Positions 23,601-34,888 of a stretch of 64,000 nucleotides of DNA are shown here, piece after piece. Within the stretch, counting starts at the first letter, position 1; each line of letters begins with the position of its first letter. Position numbers and translations under genes: made by a program. The notes under the pieces were generated by a model that did no database searches, was not told where the DNA came from, and saw only the letters and a program-made list of their open reading frames with translations. The stretch comes from Takakia lepidozioides (Eukaryota > Plantae > Bryophyta), in assembly GCA_030704615.1 (NCBI GenBank), contig CM060733.1:53196001-53260000 (forward strand). The letters are read 5' to 3'.

Positions 23601-26339
23601 CTGGAGAATACCCTTGTCGACATGTATGCCAAATGTGGGAGCATGAAGGATGCAAACCGAGTTTTTGACAATATGGCTCAACGAAATGTGGTCACTTGGA
23701 GTGCAATGATCACAGGATACACGCATCATGGTTGTGGTAGGGAGGCTTTGGCAATGTATGAGCAAATGATACAGGAAGGGGTGAGACCCAACGAGGTCAC
23801 ATTCATTTGCATTGTCAATGCATGTGCCAGCCTCGGAGACCTGGAAACAGGCAAAGAGGTCCATGCTGACATCGTCACAGCTGGATTTGAGCAAAATATG
23901 ATCCTGGGCACTGCCCTTATTTCCATGTATGCCAAATGTGAGAGCATAAAGGATGCACACCGAGTGTTTGACAGTATGGCTCAACGGAATGTGGTCACAT
24001 GGAATGTGATGATCACAGCATATTCTCAGCATGGGCATTGTAGAGAAGCGCTGCAACTATTTGAACAAATGCAACAGGGGGGAGGCTTGAAGCCAGATGT
24101 GATCTCATGGAATGCTCTGATCGCAGGATACACTCAACATGGGTTTTGTAGGGAGGCCCTGCAACTCTTTGAACAAATGCAACAGGCAGGCTTGGAGCCA
24201 GATGTAATCTCATGGAGTGCAATGATTGCAGGATATGCTCAGCATGGATTTTGTAGTGAGGCTTTGGCAATGTACAAACAAATGATCCACGAAGGGGTAA
24301 CACCCAACCAGTTCACATTTGTTTCTGTTCTTAAGGCATGTACCAACCTGGCAACCCTGGAAAAAGGCATGGAGGTCCATGCTGACATCACCAAATCTGG
24401 ATTTGCACCAGACATCATTTTGGAGAATACCCTAGTCAACATGTATGCGAAATGCGGGAGCATGAAGGGTGCAAGTCAAGTTTTCCACAGTATGTCTCAA
24501 CGAAATGTGGTCTCGTGGAGTGCAATGATCGGGGGATATGCTCTACAGGGATGTGGTATTGAGGCTCTGGCGATGTATGAGCAAATGATTCTGGAAGGGG
24601 TGATGCCCAACCAGATTACTTTCGTTTGCGTTCTCAATGCGTGTGCCAGCCTGGCAGCCCTGGACACGGGCAAGGAGGTCCATGCTGATATCATGAACTC
24701 CGGAATTCAGCCTAACATTATTCTGGAGAGTGCCCTTGTTGACATGTATGCCAAATGCGGGGACATAAAGGATGCACGTGAAGTGTTTGACAACATGGCA
24801 AAGCGGGATGTGTTCTCCTGGAGTGCAATGATTGCTGGATATGCTCAGCATGGGTGTGGTAGTGAGGCTTTGGCAATGTATGAGAAAATGATACAGGAAG
24901 GTGTGGTGCCCAACCAGGTCACATACCTTTGTGTTCTCAAGGCTTGTGCCAGCCCTGCAACCCTCCGGAAGGGGATGGAGGTTCATGAGGACATCCTTAA
25001 AGCTGGTATTCCACCAGATATCATTCTGGAGAATACCCTCATCAACATGTATGCCAAATGTGGGAGCATGAAGGATGCAAAGCGAGTGTTCGACAACATG
25101 GCTCAACGAAGTGTGGTCTCATGGAGTGCAATGATCGCAGGATATGCTCAACATGGGTGTGGTTGGGAGGCTTTGGAGATGTATAAGAAAATGAGATGGG
25201 AAGGGGTGATGCCCAATCAGGTCACATTTGTTTGTGTTCTCAATGCTTGTGCCAGCCTGGCAGCCCTGGAAAAGGGCAAAGAGGTCCATGCTGACATCAG
25301 CACAGCTGGATTTGCACCGGATATCTTTCTGGAGACTGCTCTTGTTGACATGTATGCCAAATGTGGGAACCTGAAGGATGCTCAGCTAGTTTTTGACAAT
25401 ATGGCTGAACAAGATGTAGTCTCATGGAATGCCATGCTTGCAGGATATGGTCAGCATGGGTGTTGCAGGGAGGCCCTGCAACTCTTCGAAGAAATGCTAC
25501 AAGAGGGCGTGATGACAGACGGTATCACCTTTATATGTCTTCTCTGTGCATGTAGCCATGTGGGCCTAGTGGATGAAGGCCATCACTACTTTGGTTCCAT
25601 GAGTCAACGTCATGGGCTCACTCCTAATGCGGAGCATTTTGGCTGCATGGTGGACCTTCTTGGTCGTGCAGGGCGACTGGATGATGCAGAAGATTTCATT
25701 AATAAAATGCCAACCGAACCAGCTGCTGCAGTGTGGGGTAGTTTGCTCGGTGCCTGCAGAATACATGGCAATGTTGAGCTGGCTGAACGTGCAGCAAAAT
25801 GGCTTCTCAAGTGGAATCCACAGGATGCTGCCACTTATGTGGTGCTATCTAACATCTACGCTGCGGCTGGCAGGTGGGATGATACTGCAAAGGTGAGAAA
25901 AATGATGAATGAAAGACGTGTCAGGAAGGAACCAGGTTGCTGCTGCATTGAGGTCAACAACCATTTGCACACATTTGTTGGAGGCGACAAATTGCATCCA
26001 CAAATTGAGGAAATCCATGCTGAGCTGGAGAGATTGTCTGGGCAGATGAAGGATGCTGGGTATGTGCCTGACACGCGATTTGTATTGCATGATGTGGTGG
26101 AGGAGCACAAGGAATTTTCTCTTTGCCACCACAGTGAGAAGCTCGCCATTGCTTTTGGGCTCATCAGCACATCCCCTGGGACGCCTCTCTGTATCATCAA
26201 GAACCTTCGGGTGTGTGGTGACTGCCACACAGCTACCAAGTTTATCTCAAAGATTGTTGGGCGAGCAATTATTGTACGGGATGCCAACCGTTTTCACCAC
26301 TTCCAAGATGGGGTTTGTTCTTGTGGGGATTACTGGTGA
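20648..26339 (+). CDS. PLS-class PPR-E1-E2-DYW (PG-type, C-to-U) organellar RNA-editing factor with predicted N-terminal OSB-like PDF motif exons; model 20648-21064, 21370-21513, 22605-26339 (~1431 aa)
   Basis: The long exon encodes 28 P/L/S motifs, E motifs, a PG box, HSE...CGDCH and terminal DYW. The ORF opens at an acceptor (GCAG|ATC, 22605) rather than an ATG. Upstream phase-0 GT-AG exons encode LWNSNFANPRLWWDNRSNE and IHCRGPDFKHKRTNEAMSIDS. The PPR-DYW part is near certain; the 5' exons and start codon are inferred. Confidence 0.8.
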
Positions 26340-27041
26340 TTGAGCAAGCATGCATGAAACCAAGTGTCACTGCAAAACGCTAGAGTGGAATGTTGTATAT
26401 ATATTGTCCTATATTTGTTAGTGAGGAGTGAAGTTGAAAGAAACAGTTCATGTAATTGAAGTCATGTCACTTTCTTTGAGCTTCCTATAGTGATCATTCA
26501 ACAGCTTCAGATGCCATAAAGCTGGCTTTTGAAGTCACTAAAGAAAGAGGCTATGGTCTAAAAAGAAGAAAAAGGGGACAAATTTAGCTCATGGCCACTC
26601 CTTCCTGTATTGCATGGAGCATCATGCACTATAACCTAAAGATATGTTTCCCTGATTTTCTTACAAGACAAGAACACAAGGATTTGCAAACCACACCTCT
26701 CTCTCTTTATATTCCGCACATTCACTCTCTCTCTCCTCTTGTCCATCTCTCCAATCCCCCATATCAACCCCCTTTTAATCCAGGTTTTGGATATCCTAAT
26801 GGGTCTATGCGTCTCTAGTTTCTACTCTTTAATATCAGTGTTCTAGTGGCATAAGTAACTTTTACCCTCCAGGTAAGGGTAACTAATATTAGAAGATTAT
26901 TTATCCTGTGCATAAGGATATATATGTCCACTTATTTATCCTCGGATAAGGGCAAAATTTGGATGATCTATTTATTTTCTAGGTAAAGGGTATAGGGCAA
27001 TCTATTCTTTTCTTTTCTTTTGCACCGGAAAGGGTACAGAC

Positions 27042-27914
27042 CGTGTTGGGCGGGTATTACTTTTTCTAATACCAGCCGGGTCCCGATATTGAAAAGAAAT
27101 TAATTTGCAATACCAGCCGGTTCCATAGTATTGAAAGATTTCCTTAATTTTAATACCACGGGTTCTCAACAGTAGTATGATTTTCGATTTGCGGACGGGT
27201 ATCAATAGGATGGGTATTCCAATCTAATACCAGCCGGTTATCAAACCGGGTATAAATAATAGATAATAAAAATAAAAATAACCACTAAATCATTAATATG
27301 TATTGAATTTAGAAGATTTCAGTTGATTTCACAAAGAAATTAATTATTATGTTGCAAAATTCAGTCTTTGCATTACATAATAACAACGTTGCAGATTTTA
27401 GTATCCAAATTGAAGCAAGCTTAAGACTGATTGCAACCCTCATCGTCAAATAAACCAGCATCTCCAATGAGGTCCTCATATTCATCAACCAAATTGTCTT
27501 CCAACAAAAAGAAATCCTCGATCCCGTGCCAAACCACCTTGCAATCCGTCCCCACATCACCCGGCCAATTCTTTAAAATAAAGAATAGGGGCGGCCCGCC
27601 CTACATGTGGTAAGAAATGAAGCATAGTTGCAGGCCCTTGGGGCTGGACATGCCCTCCCTGACATTTGCACCCTCTTACCTGACCCCTGACATATTTGCA
27701 CCCAGCCAATTTCCTATTATACCATGGTATTGTTTTTGCACCGGGGTATTGCCTTGGCAATACCAGCCGGTCCGGTTATCAACCATAGTATTGGAATTGC
27801 CAATACCAGCCGGGTTGGTTATTAACCATAGTATTGCAAAAGCCAATACCAGCCGGGTCGGTTATTCAATACCCTGGTTGATACTGCCAGACCCTACATA
27901 CCAGTCCAACACTG
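27042..27914. mobile_element. hAT-family MITE, same terminal family as 62208-62882
   Basis: Ends are C(-)GTGTTGG...TCCAACACTG. Imperfect 8-bp TSD GTACAGAC (27034-27041) / GTACGGAC (27915-27922). Many subterminal ATACCAGCCGG repeats. Confidence 0.7.
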
Positions 27915-30437
27915 GTACGGACTTGATTCATAAGAGTAAGGATAAACCCTTACCCTTACCCTTCAAACAGTATTACCCTTCAAACAGTATATTATTCAAA
28001 GCAAGCGACATGCTCGCAGAGAGACCCAGAACGTCTCGCTTAGGCATGCTGAATTGGCATTAATAGTGCCAAGGAGTCTTGCAAGCTACAGTGAAGTATG
28101 AGCCTTGTTAAAGTTTACTGTCGAAACTTGGCCTGGACTAAAGAGTGCAGCTGCAAAACAAACCAGGCTTTACAAAAAACTTGCATATGGGTTATTGCCT
28201 GAATGAATAGAGTGGAAATTCCTCACGTAGTCGATGATTTGGACACTCTTTGGACGTCAAATGCACGTGCCTATATTAGACTAGACGTGTTTGCAGTCAA
28301 GTGAGAATACTAACTTCGTACTGTTGCAGAGAGAAGCCTCAGAATTGCGAGCCATAATTTTAGTTACTTACTACGTTGATGCTTGTAAGAAGAACATCAT
28401 TCCTCAATACCGTTCAACGCATGATATGTGAAGGACTCATTGGATATTGGTTTTGAGATTGAATGAAAGAGTACTAGGACCACAGCTTCCGTATACATAC
28501 TCCTGGAGATCAGAAGCTTGTCAACTTGGCTTGGGAGGACTAGTTTCTGTGACAGGATAAACTCTGAAGTTTTTCTAACTGGAAATTTAAAGGCGTGTCA
28601 ATTTATATGAAAGCCCAAGTGTTGCAATGGGAAGGTCTGACCAGTGTGAAAATCCTGTAGGAGATGAATCCGAACGGATACTCTATATGTATTGATTAGC
28701 ACGCCATCCCTATAGCAGCCATGGGATTTGACATGGATGGGACAAGATGTGTACAGTGTTTGTCAGTATTTCTCTTGACACTGGAAGCTGTCATGTTAGG
28801 AGTGCTTATAAGCAACGTGTTGAAATCAATAGGTCGCCGTGAAAAACTTGCATAATCCTGACACTATTTCAGGATGCTCTGTTTCTTCACATCATCCGTG
28901 CAGTAACAGTCATGCAGGACCATGACACCTAGGGGACTGTAAGTGCTTATCCTCATATTCAGTTTTTGACTATAGCTAAATGTGAGGGGCAAAGTCCTGC
29001 TACGGTCCTGCATGAATCAAAGGCCTGGTGACTCCTAGAAAACCTGCACAATATTGACTTATTTGACTGCATGAGGAGACGTAGGACCATCATTTTATTT
29101 CACTAGTCAGAGTAATCAGGATCTCTAATAGGCCGATCATTCCTGTATGCTAGGATGGCATCAACTTTCGAGATCAAGGGGACAAACCTGTTCTTTCGTA
29201 GTCAGAGTTAGTTTTCCGTATTGTTTCTACGTCTCATCAGCTGACGTATATCTTTGAACTTGACAAATGATCGAGCTATGGACATTGACCTCCCACTTAC
29301 CCTGAAGGCTAAGCACGTGTTGAAAGAACTTGGATAAAAGTAGCCATTATTTTGCTAAGATCCGTAAACAGTCCAAAGCTGAACACGGCCCTGATCATTG
29401 GACTAGTCCGTGGATTTGAACACTGAGGAGACACTGCAAACATGAGGACTGAGATTCTGTTATCACACAACATCAAACATTCATGTACTAACTGATTTGT
29501 CCCCGATTTTTCCACAATTCTGAACGTGGGGATCGCTGCATGTGGGCAGTTACTAGCAGTTACGGATCGATCGCAATACATTGCAAGGCCTGGCACCTTT
29601 TGAGATTGGGACTCCAGAGGCTCTGCATCTCTCTAACGGTTTCAACGTCTCTAGATACACACTATTGGCTGCATTCTAAGTTAATTTTAAACCTTATTTG
29701 ATTTCAAACAATTTAGAAAAAGGGCTCAAAAGAAACCTGATGAAATGCAGGTATATGAAAAATATTCAGAGTACACATTGCAACTTTAGTACCATTTATG
29801 ATAATTTATTGTTTCATTTTTCTCTTACAACTATGTAACTAGGACAATCACATATGGGTTTTAAGTGTTTGGAAGTCCATATCAAAGTTTTCGAAAATGT
29901 GAATTTATCTGTCTTTCCAGTCTAACACAATTGAGTTGCTTTAGAAGCCAAAAAAACGTTGGACAAGACATGCAACCAGCCTGCTGCAAACCATCTCTTC
30001 TAGTTTTACTGTGGCAGCCCTCTGTAACTTTCTATTTGTGGTGACAAATCGCCAGATTTTGACCTGGCAAATAACTGAGCTACAATTGGCCAGTGTTGCA
30101 ATATTCGCGACATCCTGGAGCTGTTCGAAAATGCCACCTGTCATATAGCCACTTGTTCAACCGTGCCAGATGCCACATGGGCGTTGGCTACGTTAAAACA
30201 AAAAGGGGAGGTCAGCTAGAGCTAGCTAGGGTTAAACTTAGAATTGCTAGTAGGTATATGGTAGGCTTTCTCCAGACCCCTCAATTTTCACAGAGATAAT
30301 ATAGCCTGTTAAAAGCCCAATATAGCTCTTATATTATCTACCATCCCTAGTCCAATATATGCCATGGATTAAAGATAACTATTATTTTTTATTTTTTTGT
30401 TAATTATAATTTAACAAGCCCTTAACCCCTAAGTTAA

Positions 30438-31190
30438 CCCCTAAGGGAGGCCAAATTGGAAAACACGGCCAAAATGGGACCCTCATGAATAACCCCGTAC
30501 CTGCTAACAGGGTTCATCCTGTACTAACTAGTTCTTACCTACTCCACGCAGGTGCTGACCAAATTTCAAAAGAAATGACGTCAATTTAGGGAGATTATAA
30601 TGAATTACCATGGTGGATCTATCAAGTCCAAGTAAATGTGGATAGAAAAAATCACTTTGACCAAGAAAATTTACCATCATAATCTTTTCTGCTCAGTCCC
30701 AGACCACCGCAGACAGATTCCTTGCTCGGTTACAAGTCTCCTCCTAAAATTGGAGGACCTCCCAAAAAATCTACTAGCTGGTTTGTATGTGCAATTAGGG
30801 GTGCAGTGATATAGAAAATGTTGCATAGATCCTTCACATTGTAACCAAATGCACTTTCCTATGGTGCAATCCTGCACTGCCCAAAGTTGAACAAGAATGT
30901 GAATTTTTCTTAGAAAAATCCAAAAGCACCAGTGTAAGATGGGTGCACAGTTACCTGCCACATGGCAGGTCAAACGAGCCCAAGGCCATGGAACCATGGA
31001 TTCTAGGGCTTAGAAAAATCGTGGCAACATGAGGTTTTGTCCCATGGGGGCATATTAATTTCCCTCGTGCGCACCTCTATCCCGCCCTCACTTTTCCTTC
31101 GGCGAACTTTTTCATCCAATTACATCCACGGAAGCTATCCATGGATGAAAACGGCTGCGACCCAATTCGGGTCGCGCTGGCCTTTAGGGG
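30438..31190. mobile_element. Candidate non-autonomous element with TTAA|CCCCTAA...TTAGGGG|TTAA ends (piggyBac-like)
   Basis: TTAA at 30434-30437 and 31191-31194 flank short CCCCTAA inverted termini. A near-palindrome GCGACCCAATTCGGGTCGC lies close to the right end. No transposase. Confidence 0.35.
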
Positions 31191-31679
31191 TTAAGTTACT
31201 AACTAGGAGATTTTACAGAATATTAGTAATTTTTATTTATTTATTTGGATCTTTTTACACAATGAAATCAACAAAAAAAGAAAAAGACACACAACAAGGC
31301 TCTGCCCCCTGATAAGGTGCATTGGCATGTGGATCTGGGGTTCAAACGTCAAACTTCAAACCAGTGTTGGGCGATTCTTGCATTTGTGAAGGAACGTTTG
31401 GTTTCGGTTCCACAATTATTTCAAGAGACAGTTCCGGATCCTGTTGGGGCGGTTCTGGTTACCGGTTTGTTGCCGGCAAAAGCCACTGTTCTGGTTCTAT
31501 TTTAAAAATATATTTATTTAATGTAGTTGGTTTTAAAATGTTTTATCAGTGTGGGAAATGAGTTGGTACATTAAATAATCATATATTCAAATATATCAAC
31601 TAAACTTCAGGGATTTTATTACTTTTCATTAAAAAAATACACTAAAACAAAGTAGTTAAATTTTTTTGGTTTGAGACTA

Positions 31680-31795
31680 CTAATTCTAGCGACGACCGAA
31701 AGTCGAGAGCTAGTTTAGCGTGGAGCGTGAATAGGGTGCCATAGTTCCACGTCATCGTCGCCACATCATCGTCGTCAGCCACGTCATCGTCGTCA
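31680..31795 (-). repeat. Inverted homologue of the 20270-20322 repeat terminus
   Basis: The minus strand reads GATGACGTGGAACTATGGCACCCTATTCACGCTCCACGCTAAACTAG, against GATGACGTGGAATTATGCACTCTATTCCTGCTTTACACTAAACTAG at 20.3 kb. Confidence 0.7.
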
Positions 31796-31809
31796 CTTCT
31801 GTGTGTCGG

Positions 31810-32100
31810 TTGTAATGAACTCGCAGAGACATGTGCTACCCCAGCAGCCTTGGAGCAGGGCAGACAGCTTTACGTGAAGATCATTGAAGCAGGGTTGGAG
31901 TCATGCCAACTATCATTCTGAAGCAGGGTCGTGCCAACTATCATTCTCGACACTATTGTGGTGGACATGTATGCCAAGTGTGAAGAATGCAAAGGCAGTG
32001 TTCGACAGTATGGCTTAGCAAAATTAGTCTCTTGGAATCTGATGGTCGCAGGGTTTGCCCAGCATGGATGTGGGATGGAGGCATTGGAGACTGTACGATG
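31810..32100 (+). pseudogene. Degenerate PLS-PPR fragment
   Basis: IILDTIVVDMYAKC...LVSWNLMVAGFAQHGCGMEALE, with frameshifts. Confidence 0.8.
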
Positions 32101-33177
32101 TGTAGAAGTTTGTCCATCCTACAAATGTGGGCTCTTGGCTCCTGTTACTACCATGATTTGGTATTCTTCCTAATGTTTACAAGGTTCTTGGGAGAGTCAG
32201 CTTGGTCTTAGCAGGCCGTGTTCAATCTCTGCCTGCTCAGCTGCACCGTGGTGGTTCACACAGACCAATCCGACATTACCTGACTACAGACACAAGCAGC
32301 ACACACAAGAGGTCCTTTTGGGTTGATGGTCTCCATGGGTCACAAGGTCAAGGACAATGTGGTGAGGGCACCGTCTTCTTCAACCTATTTCAGCCTGTTT
32401 TGCCCTCTCATCAGACTCGGCCCTGAGATGCATATTGAATTCTGTAAGTTAGCTCGTTGGGTGGATCTGTGGTGGTTTGGAGTGACTTTGACAAGTGACT
32501 GCCCGATGTGGCAGCAGGAGAGCAGGCACAATATTTTGAAGGCCGATTCTTCAAAAGACGGGACTCAGGGACAAATCTTCTTCTGGTGGGTTTTCCATGT
32601 TTTGTTGTTTGTTGCAAATCCTGCTTGACTGAGTATCCTGGCATCACTCACATAGAGATAAGGAAAGAATCTTGATAATCTCCCCAGAATGGAAGTTGGA
32701 CGCCAGTATAGTGAGTGTCTTGTTCTTCAGACTTAACAGTGGGCGTATTTGTCAGAGTAAGCAAGCACTAGCGTGTCCGGCATGACTCTTTCATGAAGAT
32801 GACAGCTTGTTCTTGGAACATGCAGGAACAGTTGGCGAATCTTGATAAGGCCACGTCTCCAAACCAGCCCTGCCACGGTGGCTTGTGGTAGTGCCAAACC
32901 TACCTCCAAACTTCCTTCACTGAAATTGTGACATATTCCCTTTTCTGGTTTTTTGTGTGTCTCCCTGCGAATTCAGCAATTGTCCTATGCACATGTCAGT
33001 AGTCTGTACAAAAGTTTCTTCCTTCACCCATATAGCAATGTAGGCTGGGTCCTTGTTGTCATCTGTTATTGTATTAACTCTGCAGAGTGAGAAAGAAAAG
33101 TCACAAAGTACTAAAAGAGACCAAGCTTCGAAATCAATTTTGAAGCATGAGCCATCTCTTGTTCTCAATTTTTGCAT

Positions 33178-34515
33178 GCGTAGATGGTCAATTAAAGGCA
33201 GCAGCTGCAGCGGTACAGCTGATAAAATCAGGCACCTCAACCCTGACCACAGCTTCTGGAAGAGGATCAAGAGAGGGAGTCCACAATGCCTCTTCTGGCA
33301 CTTCTGGACATGTGAAGATGCTTTGTGAGGCAGGCAGACTGAAAGAGGATCTACAGACTTTAAACCAAGGAGGAATTTCAGCAGATTCAGATACGTATGT
33401 CTGTCTCTTGCATAAGTGCATCAAGATGAAAGGCCTTGAAGCTGGAAAGCAGGTGCACACGAGGGGTGAAGCCCATCCACATCACGTTCGTTTGTGTTTG
33501 CAATACATGTGCGAGCCTTGGAAAAGGGGAAAGAGGTTCATGATGTCATCGTCAAATCTGGAATTGTACCAGATGTCATTCTGAACACTGCTCTAGTGGA
33601 CATGTATGCCAAATGTGGGTGCATTAAGGATGCAAGGCAGTTTTCAACAATATGGCTGAACGAGATGTGGAGTCGTGGAGCGCGATGCTTGCAGGGTATG
33701 CACAGCAGGGACGTGGGGTGGAGGCTGTGGAGACCTATGAGCAAATGATGGGGGAAGGGGTGAAGCCCAACCACATCACGTTTGTGTGTGTTTGCAATGC
33801 GTGTGCAAGCCTGGCAGCTCTGGAAAAGGGCAAAGAGGCCCACTTCAACATTGTCAGAGCTGGAATTGTACCCGATGTCATTCTGAACAATGCCCTCGTG
33901 GACATGTATGCCAAATGTTGGAGCATCAAGGATGCAAAGGCAGTGTTCAACAATATGGTTGAATGAAATGTGGTGTCGTGGAATGCGATGCTTGCAGGGT
34001 ATGCACAGCAGGGGCGCGGGATGGAGGCTTTGGAGACGTGTGAGCAAATGATGGTGGAAGGGGTGAAGCTCGACCACATCAGGTCTGTGCATTTGCAAGC
34101 CTGGCAGCCCTGGAAAAGGGCAAAGTGGTGCATGGTTGCATGGCAAAAGCTGGAACTGTACCAGATGTGATTCTGAACAATACCCTTGTGGATATGTATG
34201 CAAAATGTGGGTGCATCGAGGATGCGGAGGGAGTGTTTGACAGTATGGTTGAACGAGATTTGGTGTCGTGGAGTGCGATGATTGCAGGGTATGCATAGGG
34301 CGCGTGATGGAGTCTTTGGAAACCTATGAGCAAATGATGGGGGAAGGGGTGAAGCCCGACCACATCACGTTTGTTTCCGTTTGCAATGCCTGTGCAAGCC
34401 TGGCAGCCCTGGAAAGGGCAAAGAGGTCCATGGTGACATCGTCAAAGCTGGAATTGTACACTGCCCTGGTGAACATGTGCACCCTGTGACAAAGCAGGTG
34501 CACACTCACATTATC
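33178..34515 (+). pseudogene. PPR pseudogene paralogous to the N-terminal part of the intact PPR-DYW gene
   Basis: VDGQLK...SGTSTLTT...REGVH...GISADSDTYVCLLHKCIKM matches VDGQVK...SGTSTWTT...REGVH...SISADSNTYVCLLQCCIKM. It is followed by PLS motifs with stops and frameshifts. Confidence 0.9.
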
Positions 34516-34888
34516 CTAAGTTGCTCAATTTGTATGGTGTTCAACTGTTGCGGGCATCACCTTAGTAGTTTTGGATCGACTGTTCCCACTGATAGTCAGG
34601 TGTCCGAGGAACTGGAATCTCCAGTGAAATATTAACACATCTAATGTGCCCCATTTTTCAAATATGAAGATTTCCAGAGTTCCCATGGGGTTAAGGCTTC
34701 ATGAAGGCACTGCTAATGAAGGCCCTCCTTCAACACATTTCGCCCTGTTTTTCCCTCTAATCAGAATCGGCCCTAAATTTCCATGTTGAATTCTGCGAGT
34801 TAGCTGGTTGAGTGAATCTAGTTTGCAGTGACTTTGACATGATACTGCCAATGTGACAACAGGAAACTATCCAAAAACAGGTAACAGA

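Noticed and set aside
22694-26343. Many antisense and alternate-frame ORFs over the PPR-DYW exon (also at 33-36 kb)
   Set aside because: Shadow ORFs of repetitive PPR coding sequence with no independent motifs.
28000-29650. Coding-like composition suggesting a decayed gene or TE
   Set aside because: No recognisable motif in any frame I examined, so I cannot support a call.
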